Source: Pelagomonas calceolata (taxonomy: Eukaryota). From it: DNA of 64,000 nt. Of this stretch, positions 21,221 through 30,758 are shown piece by piece (position 1 is the first letter of the stretch; each line of letters starts with the position of its first letter). The notes under the pieces were generated by a model that saw only the letters and a list, made by a program, of their open reading frames with translations, was not told the origin of the DNA and searched no databases. Both the position numbers and the translations under genes were made by a program. The DNA lies in assembly GCA_918797485.1 (NCBI GenBank), contig CAKKNE010000002.1:5580001-5644000 (forward strand), written 5' to 3'.

Positions 21221-21330
21221 CCAGCAAATCCAGCAGTGATCCGCCGGTGATCCAGCAGAGATCCGGCAGATCCGGTAGTGATCCGGAAGTGATCCAACAA
21301 AGATCCAGCAGCAGCAAAGATCCAGAAAGC
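21221..21330 (+). repeat. ~11-bp GATCC-based minisatellite
   Basis: GATC at 21238, 21249, 21260, 21269, 21280, 21291, 21302 and 21319. Confidence 0.8.
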
Positions 21331-21334
21331 AGCC

Positions 21335-21700
21335 ATGGCCGCGCGTCTCGTCCAGGCGGGAATGTTGGTCGGCGGCTCAGTGGGCGCAGCGATCACGATC
21401 CGCGGCTGCGTGAAGGCAACACAACCCGCAGAGCGATGCATCTACTGCGGCGGGGCGGCGGTGGGCGCCGCGCTGACGGGCGGGTACGCGTACTTCCACA
21501 GCGATTACTACTACGAGCTCGAAGCAACGCGGCGGCGAGAGCGCGAGGAAGAGGGCGCGAAGCGCGTGGCGGCGGTGCGGCGAATGGAATCGGAGAGGTA
21601 CGCGCGGCAGCAGCGCGAGATCGAGGAGGACTACCGGAAACGCGCGCTCGAGTCCGCGCGGCTGGACACCTACGAGGATCCCCGCAACCGCCACGACTAG
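21335..21700 (+). CDS. Small hypothetical membrane/coiled-coil protein
   Basis: 121-aa ATG ORF, two Gly/Ala hydrophobic stretches, charged tail. Confidence 0.65.
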   Translation: MAARLVQAGMLVGGSVGAAITIRGCVKATQPAERCIYCGGAAVGAALTGGYAYFHSDYYYELEATRRREREEEGAKRVAAVRRMESERYARQQREIEEDYRKRALESARLDTYEDPRNRHD

Positions 21701-21798
21701 GTTTCTAAAAAATTGTGCTTAAATCACACGGCGCGGGATCGATGTTCGTGAGAATATATTGTCGATGTTCGTCGTGCTGCTTGTATAGGCAGTTTAAC

Positions 21799-21816
21799 GC
21801 TAGTATGTCACGCTAG
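21799..21816 (+). promoter_or_regulatory. Bipartite CTAG-CTAG element (short variant)
   Basis: GCTAGTATGTCACGCTAG, ~180 nt upstream of ATG 21996. Confidence 0.45.
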
Positions 21817-21995
21817 ACATTATCGGCTCTCACGCATCGCTCGATTACACGTGGGTCTAGATACGCATACGTTCGACGTCGTGTTCACTCAACGTGCGTT
21901 TCGCTGCAGGTCCAACCTATCGAAGCGTTCACTCGACGTGCCGTCGCTGCAGATCCAGCCAAGCACAAGCACACAAGCACAAGCACAAAAGCACA

Positions 21996-23078
21996 ATGTC
22001 CAAACCAGTCGTCCTCGCAGCCGCGGCCGCGGCCGCCGCCTACTACCTGTACAAAAACAAGAAGGAGGACGAGCCCGAGGAGGTCGTGCGCGTGAGCCAT
22101 GCTGAGGCCCTGGAGAAGACGACGGCGGCTCTCAAAGCCGTCGGCTGGGACGACGAGGGCGCGCGCGTGCAGGCGTCGATCATGGTGTCGAGCGAGGCCT
22201 GCGGCAACAACCAGGGCTTGGTCAAGATGTTCAAGCCGGAGTTGATGGCGCCCGCGCCGGGCGCCGGCAAGCCCGTCGTGGAAAGAGAGACGGCGTCGAG
22301 CGCCGTCATTAAAGGTAACCAGTCGCCGGGCATGCTCGCCCTGACCAAGGCCGTGGACCTCGCCTGCGCCAAGGCCAAGGGCGGCGTCGCGTCCGTAGGA
22401 GTATATGACACGTCCACGTCCTCGGGCCAGCTCGCCTTTTATGGAGCGAGAGCCGCGGAGAAGGGCCGTATCGTCATCATCACGGCGAACTCGCCGGAGT
22501 TCGTCGCGGCCAAGGCCGGCGCGAAGGCGTCCTTCGGGACCAATCCTTTATGCTTCGCCTGCCCCGTCGAGGGGCGAAGCCCCTTTGTGTTCGATATGTC
22601 GACGGCGGCCATCGCGCTGTTTGGGGTCTTGACCTGCAAGGCCAAGGGCCAGCCGCTTCCTCCCCAGTCAGCCTACGACGCGAACGGGAACTGGACGAGA
22701 AAAGTAGAGGACATCCACATCGGCGGCGGCGGCGGCGCCATCGCGAACTTCGGGGGCCACAAGGGCACGGGCCTGGCGCTCATGGTTGAATTATTATGCG
22801 CGGCGCTGGCGGGCGGCGCCGTCCTCGGCCAGGACGTCAAGAAGACGGCGAAGAACTGGGGCCACCACGTCATCGCGATCGACCCGGACGCGATGGCCGA
22901 CGGCTTCGCGGGGCGGGCGGCCAGCATCATCAAGACCGTCGCGGCGTCGCACGCCGACGGCGTACGGCTCCCGGGCGACTCGTCGAACGCCATCGCCGCG
23001 AAGAACAAGAGTGCTGGGGCCATCCCCGTGCCCAAGCGCATCTGGGACGTCATCACGGCGACGGCGGCCAAGGCCTGA
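21996..23078 (+). CDS. Ldh_2-family (malate/L-lactate/L-sulfolactate dehydrogenase-like) oxidoreductase
   Basis: FGTNPLCFA, FVFDMST, FGGHKGTGLALMVELL, IAIDP and VRLPGD. Confidence 0.9.
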   Translation: MSKPVVLAAAAAAAAYYLYKNKKEDEPEEVVRVSHAEALEKTTAALKAVGWDDEGARVQASIMVSSEACGNNQGLVKMFKPELMAPAPGAGKPVVERETASSAVIKGNQSPGMLALTKAVDLACAKAKGGVASVGVYDTSTSSGQLAFYGARAAEKGRIVIITANSPEFVAAKAGAKASFGTNPLCFACPVEGRSPFVFDMSTAAIALFGVLTCKAKGQPLPPQSAYDANGNWTRKVEDIHIGGGGGAIANFGGHKGTGLALMVELLCAALAGGAVLGQDVKKTAKNWGHHVIAIDPDAMADGFAGRAASIIKTVAASHADGVRLPGDSSNAIAAKNKSAGAIPVPKRIWDVITATAAKA

Positions 23079-23095
23079 GTAGTATAACAAACACT

Positions 23096-24058
23096 TTAGA
23101 GGGAGCCCCGCGACCCGCGCGAGGCCCTCGCCAATTCCCGCGACGCACGACTGGCCCGCTTGTCCACCGCATCACCCGACTGCTCCTGGGATTGGATGGA
23201 CAGCTCCTCGGCGTCCTTGCGAGCCTGCTCGATCTGCTCCAGCAACATGTCGGCGTCGCGCACGCGGACCGTGCGCACCTGGCCGCGCGTGTACTTGTCT
23301 TTAAATGTGGTACAGGACGGCGCTAATTTCCTCCTTTCCCATTCTATATCCACTTCTTCGTGCTTCTCAAAAGAAGCTCTTTTTCGTCGATCTTCTTGGG
23401 ACGCGCGCTGGGCCCTACTCAGTTCGTGGGGATGGAGCTTCGTGCAGACGTAGCAGAAGACGCCGGGCTTGCCCGGCAGCGGGCACGTTTCCACCTTCCA
23501 GGGGAGCGAGTCGTGCGTGAGATGCGGCATTCTGGTGGGAGCGCTCCCGTAGGTCACCAACAGGAAGAAGCGCCCCGGTTCCAGGACTCTACAAACTTCC
23601 TGGTTCAGTCTCAGTACTTCCAGATAGCTATTCCAGGAGCAGAACGTCGCGTCCGTGCAGCCCTTGTCTACTATAAACTGGAAGTGGTCCGTCGGATACC
23701 GATCTAGTTTACGAGCATCAACGATGGAATACTGCAAGCGCGGCTGGTGCTCGTAGCGCTTATCCATAAAGTCCACGACGGTTTTACAAAAGTCGATGGC
23801 CTGGATGAAGTGGAAGCCCCGCTCCAGCATCTGCTCGCCGAGCGCGGAATCGCCCGCACCAATGATCAAGCTCCTATCAGAACTCTTCGCTAATTCATCG
23901 CCGCCGTACATCTCGAGGATCGGCCAGAGATCATCTAAATCGCAATACCATTCGAAGCAGTGGTCCTTCCCATGTTTTGCGCGTTCCGCATTGTAGCGCT
24001 CGTCCCAGTAGAAGGGCTCACCATAAGCTAAGGCCTGGCGCGGGAAGGGGATGGCCAT
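23096..24058 (-). CDS. SAM-dependent methyltransferase (EEF1AKMT4/METTL13-like)
   Basis: YGEPFYWDERY, FEWY, IIGAGDS, VDKGCTDA and VLEPG. Confidence 0.85.
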   Translation of the reverse strand: MAIPFPRQALAYGEPFYWDERYNAERAKHGKDHCFEWYCDLDDLWPILEMYGGDELAKSSDRSLIIGAGDSALGEQMLERGFHFIQAIDFCKTVVDFMDKRYEHQPRLQYSIVDARKLDRYPTDHFQFIVDKGCTDATFCSWNSYLEVLRLNQEVCRVLEPGRFFLLVTYGSAPTRMPHLTHDSLPWKVETCPLPGKPGVFCYVCTKLHPHELSRAQRASQEDRRKRASFEKHEEVDIEWERRKLAPSCTTFKDKYTRGQVRTVRVRDADMLLEQIEQARKDAEELSIQSQEQSGDAVDKRASRASRELARASRGSRGSL

Positions 24059-24317
24059 CGGTGCTTGGCGTCGACGTCGCCGGCGGCGTTTAGCTTGCTT
24101 CGGCCGCGCCGGCGGCGTTTAGGGCTGCCCTGGCTGCGGGAGTTGGGGTCGTCTAGGAATCCGCCGGGCTGCCACCGGCCGATCGCAACGGTCTCTCTGG
24201 AGGTGCGTCTGCACGATAAGGCGCTCAGTCCGCCCCGTGGCTGCCAAAAAGGGCTGCCCAAAGCCGGGCCAGCGCTGGGCAGACCCGCACTGTCGCACGC
24301 CAGCTTACGAATAAAAC

Positions 24318-25436
24318 TTATCTGTCAACATCGTCCGCGACCGCGAGCAGATCCAAACGGACCTCGTCCACGTAGTCCGCGTCGAGGCCCGCGCGCTCGG
24401 CCGCCGCGCGCGCGGCGCCGGCGGTGCTCGTGAAGAGGCCGCCCTCGGCGCGGCCGCCGGCGCGGGCCGCGAGGTCTCGAAATGTTTCGGCCGCGCCGGG
24501 CCCCGCGGCGCGGAGCCGCGCGCAGCCGCCCGGCCCCGCCGTCGCGGCGTCGTCGGCGTCTTCATCCACAGAAGTCCAGAAGAGGCCCGGCTCCGCGCTT
24601 TCGCCAGACGTTGCAACCACGCGCAGGCCGTCGCGCCGCGTCGCGTCGCGCGCGTGCTCCTCCCCGTCGAAGAATACCGATGAGAAGGGCCCCTCCGGCT
24701 CCGGACCAAGCGCCGCGTCGACGACGACGCCGGCGCTCCCCGCGCCGGGGCCTCTCACAAAACGCGCCCACGTCTCGAGGTCGACGGGCGCGCCGCAGCG
24801 GCCGCGGAGCGGCCGCGCCGCGAGAGCCACGATACTGGAAATATCCTCCCGCCACGGCGCCACGACGTCGCTCTCCAACCTCAACTCGCGCAGGGCCACA
24901 GCCGCGTCCAGAGTTTTGGAGGCGCGCGCGAGGTCCGTCTCGGCTTCGTCCGAGACGCGCATCATACAAACGCGAGGCCGGCGGCCGCACTCTTCTGATG
25001 CGTACGTTAGTAAAGAGTGCGCGACGCCGGCGTAGCCCCCCGCGTCCGTTGTAACGACGAACCCCTGCGCGCGGTCGCAGCGCTCCAGCGTCCCTCTCAG
25101 ATGATCGAGCGTCGCCTCCCACCAGTCGCCGCCCAGGACACCTTCTCTTGTTCCCGCGCGGAAGTGGCTGAATCCACTCAACGCCTCGGCGCCGGCCCAG
25201 AGCGGCAGCGGCACGTGTGCTGGATCTACAATACCCGCCGCCACGAGCTCGTCCTCATCCTCCACCGCTCGCAGCGGCTGGCGCTTGGCGTCTATTGTCA
25301 TTGTCCGCCGGCGGCCCTTCGGTTCCGTGAAGGGGTCCCTTTGCACGTCCTCGGCCCAGAGTTGTTCGAGTGCCTGGATGCCGCCGGGGCCGATCTCTAA
25401 TGTGACGATCTCGCCGCCGGCCATGTGGGCGGCCAT
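24318..25436 (-). CDS. MSTO1: Misato/DML1 tubulin-like protein
   Basis: EIVTLEIG, R.MTIDAK and LERCDRAQGF..TDA.GGYAG. Confidence 0.75.
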   Translation of the reverse strand: MAAHMAGGEIVTLEIGPGGIQALEQLWAEDVQRDPFTEPKGRRRTMTIDAKRQPLRAVEDEDELVAAGIVDPAHVPLPLWAGAEALSGFSHFRAGTREGVLGGDWWEATLDHLRGTLERCDRAQGFVVTTDAGGYAGVAHSLLTYASEECGRRPRVCMMRVSDEAETDLARASKTLDAAVALRELRLESDVVAPWREDISSIVALAARPLRGRCGAPVDLETWARFVRGPGAGSAGVVVDAALGPEPEGPFSSVFFDGEEHARDATRRDGLRVVATSGESAEPGLFWTSVDEDADDAATAGPGGCARLRAAGPGAAETFRDLAARAGGRAEGGLFTSTAGAARAAAERAGLDADYVDEVRLDLLAVADDVDR

Positions 25437-25586
25437 GTTGCGTACAGCCTCGCCCGAATGTGATGCTTGCAAGGGCTGCTGCACCAAAGTCGTCCAGCGG
25501 TCGCAGGACGGCCCGCGCCACAAATGCTATTGCTCGCGCGATGTTTTACGCGAACGCAGCGATTTTTTATGTCGACACGATTGCGA

Positions 25587-25607
25587 GCTAGCGTACACAG
25601 ATACTAG
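25587..25607 (-). promoter_or_regulatory. Bipartite CTAG-CTAG element (variant)
   Basis: GCTAGCGTACACAGATACTAG, ~150 nt upstream of Misato. Confidence 0.5.
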
Positions 25608-25704
25608 TCCCGCGAGTCGACTCGGCTGTGTCCTAGCACCGTAACAATAAACGCGCACGCGCACCGGTTGGCGCCAAAACCGGTATATCAATAAAACACA
25701 AACG

Positions 25705-26346
25705 TTAGACCGCGAGGTAGTGGTGGAAGAGGTGCAGGTACGGCCAGCCGCCGACGTGGCGGTCGCACGTATCGTGGGTCCACGGCGCATCCAAGGCGAC
25801 CGCGTCTTCCGAAGGCGCGACCTCTTCAAAATCCAAGAGGTCGTAGGTCATGAGCGCCACCCAGCGCCCGTCGACCCAGTTTTCATTGGTTAAACGCCGG
25901 GGGCGGCCCGTCGCCGCGGAGACCCACACGCGGACGCGGTCCAATTCTGGAACTTCGACGCGGTACTCGTCGTGGGGCTCGTCGTCGATGAGCGCACCGG
26001 AGCTCTGCTTGGCGGCGTCCTCCGGTATTTTCGGAAGTGGCATGCGTTCGCCTAGATAGCTCCGCTGACATGAAGGAAACGTGCCGCCCGTCGTGACGTA
26101 GTCCTGTTTCGTGTCGTAGCGCCGCGTGAAGTTCTTGCCGGCATCCAGGCCCTCCAAGACATCCGCGCGCGCCCGCTTGTTAAGGTAGTCGTAGGCGAGC
26201 TTGATGCGTTTTTTCCACGGCGGGTACGGCTTCGACTTGTCTACTAGATGAGCCGTCGTCTCGACGGTCGCGACAAATTGCAGCGGGAAGGCGGGGACCG
26301 CGGCCGAGGCTGTAGCCAGCGCGCAGGCTACGATGGTGTTTCGCAT
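25705..26346 (-). CDS. Secreted hypothetical protein (possibly ependymin/LolA-like fold)
   Basis: Signal peptide MRNTIVACALATASA; PxFPxQF..YDY.NKR.R.D pattern. Confidence 0.65.
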   Translation of the reverse strand: MRNTIVACALATASAAVPAFPLQFVATVETTAHLVDKSKPYPPWKKRIKLAYDYLNKRARADVLEGLDAGKNFTRRYDTKQDYVTTGGTFPSCQRSYLGERMPLPKIPEDAAKQSSGALIDDEPHDEYRVEVPELDRVRVWVSAATGRPRRLTNENWVDGRWVALMTYDLLDFEEVAPSEDAVALDAPWTHDTCDRHVGGWPYLHLFHHYLAV

Positions 26347-26478
26347 GCTGGGGCAGCCTCTCCGGCCGCAGCGATGCAATACGGAGCAGCGGGAGTTAGC
26401 GGTGAGTCGTTTGGAGCAGCCGAGCCGTTGGAGGAGCCAAAAAGCAGCCCTGGCGTCCAGTGGCACGAAAACCCTGCT

Positions 26479-26503
26479 TGCTAGTGTCTTACAGGCCGCT
26501 AGC
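26479..26503 (+). promoter_or_regulatory. Bipartite CTAG-CTAG upstream element
   Basis: TGCTAGTGTCTTACAGGCCGCTAGC in a divergent intergenic region. Confidence 0.7.
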
Positions 26504-26805
26504 ACCACTTTGTAAAGTCGCAGCTCTGGCCGCAATCGATCGTACCGTGTGGCGTACTTGGTTAGAGTGGCCGTAGGATACACCTCTACGTTGTCGATGG
26601 GGAGGAGCCGCGACAAAGGCGATAAACCCCACACTTGGAAAAACGGAGAGCCATTTGTAGATCCAGTTGCCAAACACGGCTGGAAGCGCAAGCGTAAAGC
26701 TGTGAGCGAGAAACCGCCATTTGAGGTCACCGGCCAACACGTCATTATCTTTGTGGCGGTAGTCTTCGCCGCCGCGTGGTGTGCGGGGCTCCTTCCCGAT
26801 CCGTG

Positions 26806-27309
26806 ATGGCGCAACGAGGGTTCATCTTTGCCGTCCACCCAACGCACGGAATCCTCCTGCTCAGAGCCTACAAGAAGAAGAAAGGCGTCCACCACCAACT
26901 ACCAGGAGGCCGCGTCGACGCGGACGAGTTAGAGCTCGACGACGCGCACCGCCGCGCCGCCGTGCGCGAGCTCCGCGAGGAGACAGGTATAGATGTGCCA
27001 ATGACGAGGCTCAAGGTCGCGACTGATCGCGAGGGCGAAATAGTGAGACGAAAGAACCGCGAGTACTTTTTCCTGGAGCTACGGGACGCGGACGGCGCGG
27101 GCCCCGATCGCGACCATGACAACGCCGAAAATCCGTTCACGCTCGCCCTGAGCGGCGAGCACACGGGCTTCACGTTCGAACGGGACCTCGCGAATGCCGA
27201 GGATATGATCCGCCTCCACAGCGGCGGCGAGAACGCGGTCGCGCTGAGGACGTTGAGATATGACCACGGCGACGCGCGGGAGCTGCTCGCGACGGCTCAC
27301 GGGCAATGA
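26806..27309 (+). CDS. NUDIX hydrolase
   Basis: LPGGRVD..E...AAVRELREETGI Nudix box. Confidence 0.9.
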   Translation: MAQRGFIFAVHPTHGILLLRAYKKKKGVHHQLPGGRVDADELELDDAHRRAAVRELREETGIDVPMTRLKVATDREGEIVRRKNREYFFLELRDADGAGPDRDHDNAENPFTLALSGEHTGFTFERDLANAEDMIRLHSGGENAVALRTLRYDHGDARELLATAHGQ

Positions 27310-27322
27310 ATAATAACCAAAA

Positions 27323-27859
27323 TTAGGCGTCGTAGAAGATGCGCACGCGGCACTGCGAGATGAGCTGCTGGCCGTCGAAGAAGGACGTCTCGATGACCAC
27401 GTTCCCATCCAAAACCTCGACGGGCAGCATCTCGTCGGCCGCCTCGATGACCTGCTGCCACGTGTTCGTCGACCCCGGCATCACGAAGCCGAATCTAAAG
27501 TTCCACCGCTCGAAGGGCCTATCATGCAACAGCACGCGCTGCTCCAGCCGAAAGTCCTTCATCTTGAACTCGCTCGTAAAATTCACCTCGCGCGACACGG
27601 CCCGACAGTCCAGCAATCTTCTAGGTACCCGCGCCAGAATCTCGCGGTCGTACATGTCGCCCCAGCCCTTCGACTGCTCCCAGAGAATTTTACCGGTGGC
27701 CGCGTCTCTCATATTCATCCAGTTGATGCGAAAGCCGTTTCCGACCCTCCGCGCCTCGGGCGCGACGCCGATGCCCCCACCGATCGTCGCGGCGGCCATC
27801 TTGTCCTCTAGGTCCTTCGCGCCCCTGGATTGGGCGACGTCACATTCCTTGGCCTCCAT
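27323..27859 (-). CDS. PDE6D: Prenyl-binding protein PDE delta
   Basis: GFRINWMNMRDA.TGKILW, CRAVSREVNF and FGFVMPGSTNTWQ. Confidence 0.93.
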   Translation of the reverse strand: MEAKECDVAQSRGAKDLEDKMAAATIGGGIGVAPEARRVGNGFRINWMNMRDAATGKILWEQSKGWGDMYDREILARVPRRLLDCRAVSREVNFTSEFKMKDFRLEQRVLLHDRPFERWNFRFGFVMPGSTNTWQQVIEAADEMLPVEVLDGNVVIETSFFDGQQLISQCRVRIFYDA

Positions 27860-28125
27860 GGTATCTGGTGGTTCCCGTCACGGCCTCGCGGCCTTCACGG
27901 TGCCGCGGTCGCCGTTGGGGCTGCGGCCCGCGCTGCGCTGCGCCGCCGCGGTCGCTGCTCCTATGCGCCTTGGGGTGAGATTGCCCTGGCGGCAGCTCGG
28001 GCAAGGCTGCCCGGGGCTGTCGCTTCGAGCGCTGCGGAGGAGACGCCTTCGTGCTCCGTCGGCAGCGCGATCCGGCTGGCTCTCCCTCGAAATCCTTCCT
28101 CAGTTGGCCCACCAAAATAAATCAG

Positions 28126-28148
28126 TGCTAGTGTCCTACACCGCTAGC
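28126..28148 (+). promoter_or_regulatory. Bipartite CTAG-CTAG upstream element
   Basis: TGCTAGTGTCCTACACCGCTAGC upstream of PDE6D (opposite to the usual orientation). Confidence 0.6.
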
Positions 28149-28390
28149 TAATCTGCGAAGGGATCAAGTGGGGCTCCGTCCACTAGTCCTAGCACCGTAA
28201 CAATAGAAACAAGAAATCAGTACACGCGTGTTTTTCTCTGCCGTGTCGCCTTTTTCGTATTGCTTTGCTTAGAGCTAGGCCGCCTAGCCGCCACGACCGC
28301 CGTATTACTTGGTGAATAAGGGGCGGTTCTCCCCGCACGACCACGGATTTCTACAATGGCCAGGTAGCAAGGGAAAATCATAATACCGCG

Positions 28391-30229
28391 TTAGACCGCG
28401 AACACCGCGTGGTCGAGCCCCCACTCGAACGCGTCTTCGCGGCGCTTCTCGTACGTGAGGTCGCGCCGCCGCCGCGCCCGCCGCCGCCCCAACGCGTGCT
28501 TCCGCGCGTTCGCCTGGACCGCGTCGACGAACCCTCCGCGCGGGCGCGTCCGGAGGCCGATCAAGTTTTTCTGGAGCGACGACTGCGGCGGTGGCCCGCG
28601 GGCCCGCGCGCGCCGCCGCGGCGGCACGCCGGGCCGCGGCCGCCTCGCAACAGGCGCGACGCCTCCACCTGTCGCCAAGGTGTCGAACGTGACGCACGAC
28701 AGGTCGTCTCCATAACTTCCGTAGGACCCCTCGTCCGCCGCAAAATCGACGGGCACGATGCTTGATTCATCGTTGATCTCGTCGATCATGCCCTGGATCC
28801 GCCGCACCTCGGGGAAGTCGCCCCTTCTCCGCGCTCTAGCTTGCTCCTGTCTTCGCAAATCGACCTGCGACGCCCTTTCCCGCTTCAGCGCGTCGCGGCC
28901 GCGCCGCACCGACAATATCGACGCGTCGTCGCCCAAAGAACAGCCGACCTTCTCGGCTCTATGACGATGATATCGCAGCCTCGAGTCGATCTCGAGACCT
29001 TTAGATAGGAGCGAGGCGTCGTCGTCGTCCACGGAACGCCATCTTAGAGGATTGGGTGTCTGGGCCGTCGGCGGTCTTGTCAAAGCTCTCGGCGGGCCCG
29101 CATTGTCAGGATTATCAATAGCGGCCACGGCAGCGAGCAACTCGTCGGCGGACGGGTGTCCACTGGTATTGACGCGCGGATCTCTTTGGGCCTGCTCGTG
29201 GGCCTTGCGGGCTTTGTCGAGCACGTCGCGGAACGCGCGCTTGTTCAGGGCGACGAGCGTCGAGGGCTCGGTGCATGTGACCGTCTCTCCACATGGGGCT
29301 TCTTTCATAAGACCCTGCTCACCATAAGTGTCGCCCGCCCCTAACCTACCGATGGCCTTCTTCGACCGTCGGACTTTCCTCACGGACTGCCAGACGACGG
29401 GGTGCTTTTTGGACACGCGCGTCGGCCACGAGTTCTTGCCCCTCTCTACGCGGTGCCTTGATATCAGACAAGACCCGTCCAACAGAAAGTAGACGTTGTC
29501 CGTCGCTTCGCCTTGCCTTACGACGCGGTCGCCCCGCCTCAGGTAATGGAACGTCAGCATCTGGCAGATCTTGTGGACCTTGGATTTGGACCACCTCCTA
29601 AATAGAGGTACGTTCTTCAAGGTATCAAAAGCTCGTCTCCTCTCCGTTTCCCTGTGGACTGCTAATACATCTTCCACATCCGTATCTCTCAGGGATAGAA
29701 ACTCGGCCTTCATGCTTCGGATCGTACATATTGTGACAGCTTCACCCCATTTATAGGGAGGATCGACGCGACCATCCAAGAACACGCAGAACTGCTCTTT
29801 TTCAGGCAGGCACTGGCCGTCATAGGCTTCCATCAACCGCGCGGCGCGCGTCACTCTTCGTAACGCGCGACCATCTAACTCTTTAGCTCGCGGCCAGGTC
29901 CTTTGCAAGCACTCAACAATAGCATCTATTCCTCGTTCCTCCCGCGCCGCCGGGTCCCTAGACAAGCCCTCCCTCAACACGGCCTTGTCGCGCTTCGCCT
30001 CCCTGCTCGTCTCATCTAAGCGTAGCAGGGAGTCTTCGTTATAGACCGTACTTCTCAGATAGTGCTGTTTGGGACGGAAGCGTTGGGCCTCGGTAATTAC
30101 GGAGACTCTTGATGAATCGCCGCGGCTGCTCAGGGTCCGCCGGCGCATGGCGACGGAGGCGTAGCCCTCCTCTGCTTCGGGCATTGCGTTCTTCTCTATA
30201 CAACTCGGGGAGGGGACCTCGGGCAGCAT
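28391..30229 (-). CDS. Cyclic-nucleotide-binding domain protein
   Basis: LKNVPLF, VVRQGE.TDNVYFLLDG and GDTYGE..L; a degenerate first cNMP domain. Confidence 0.8.
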   Translation of the reverse strand: MLPEVPSPSCIEKNAMPEAEEGYASVAMRRRTLSSRGDSSRVSVITEAQRFRPKQHYLRSTVYNEDSLLRLDETSREAKRDKAVLREGLSRDPAAREERGIDAIVECLQRTWPRAKELDGRALRRVTRAARLMEAYDGQCLPEKEQFCVFLDGRVDPPYKWGEAVTICTIRSMKAEFLSLRDTDVEDVLAVHRETERRRAFDTLKNVPLFRRWSKSKVHKICQMLTFHYLRRGDRVVRQGEATDNVYFLLDGSCLISRHRVERGKNSWPTRVSKKHPVVWQSVRKVRRSKKAIGRLGAGDTYGEQGLMKEAPCGETVTCTEPSTLVALNKRAFRDVLDKARKAHEQAQRDPRVNTSGHPSADELLAAVAAIDNPDNAGPPRALTRPPTAQTPNPLRWRSVDDDDASLLSKGLEIDSRLRYHRHRAEKVGCSLGDDASILSVRRGRDALKRERASQVDLRRQEQARARRRGDFPEVRRIQGMIDEINDESSIVPVDFAADEGSYGSYGDDLSCVTFDTLATGGGVAPVARRPRPGVPPRRRARARGPPPQSSLQKNLIGLRTRPRGGFVDAVQANARKHALGRRRARRRRDLTYEKRREDAFEWGLDHAVFAV

Positions 30230-30549
30230 CGTGAAGGCGCTTGCCTTAGCCTAGGTGCTGGGTTACCTTGGGGCAGCTAGGTATGGAGCTTGCCTTTGCG
30301 CTGCCTCGGCTCGGTGCTGCGACCTTGTTGATGGCGCTGCGCCTTAGGCTTGGTGATGGGTACCTTCGGGCAGCTTGGCGATGCGGTGCGCCGGCCAGCC
30401 TTCGTGATAAGAGCTGCCCTTGTTGCTCAGCGCTCTCCGACAGCGTCGGTTTTTCGCAGCGCTAGTGCGGGTTGCCATCGCTCAAAACGACGAGGATGCA
30501 GTTGCCGCGGATGCTATTGCTTCGGGGCATTGGACGACTTTTGCGCTTC

Positions 30550-30572
30550 CTAGTGTCTTACAAGCCGCTAGC
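30550..30572 (+). promoter_or_regulatory. Bipartite CTAG-CTAG upstream element
   Basis: CTAGTGTCTTACAAGCCGCTAGC in a divergent intergenic region. Confidence 0.7.
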
Positions 30573-30758
30573 TCTGGTTTTGGCGCGCCGCGTTCAGCTT
30601 GTCTGCACGCACAGATGCAAATACGCATAACTTAAGCAGTGATAAATATACCAGCGATCACTGTGTTGCAGCGCTGCTACGCAAACGCTGGTTTTAGCAC
30701 GTCTACATAGCATAGCACAATAGCAGCAGCTCCCAAGCTGAACGCCGCGCTAAGACAA

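Noticed and set aside
21221..21330. Possible CRISPR array
   Set aside because: The units are ~11 bp, contiguous and degenerate, with no unique spacers and no cas genes; the context is eukaryotic.
25703..28401. Two genes ending with the same 13-mer (CGTTAGACCGCGA)
   Set aside because: Explained by both proteins ending Ala-Val-stop; too short to be significant.
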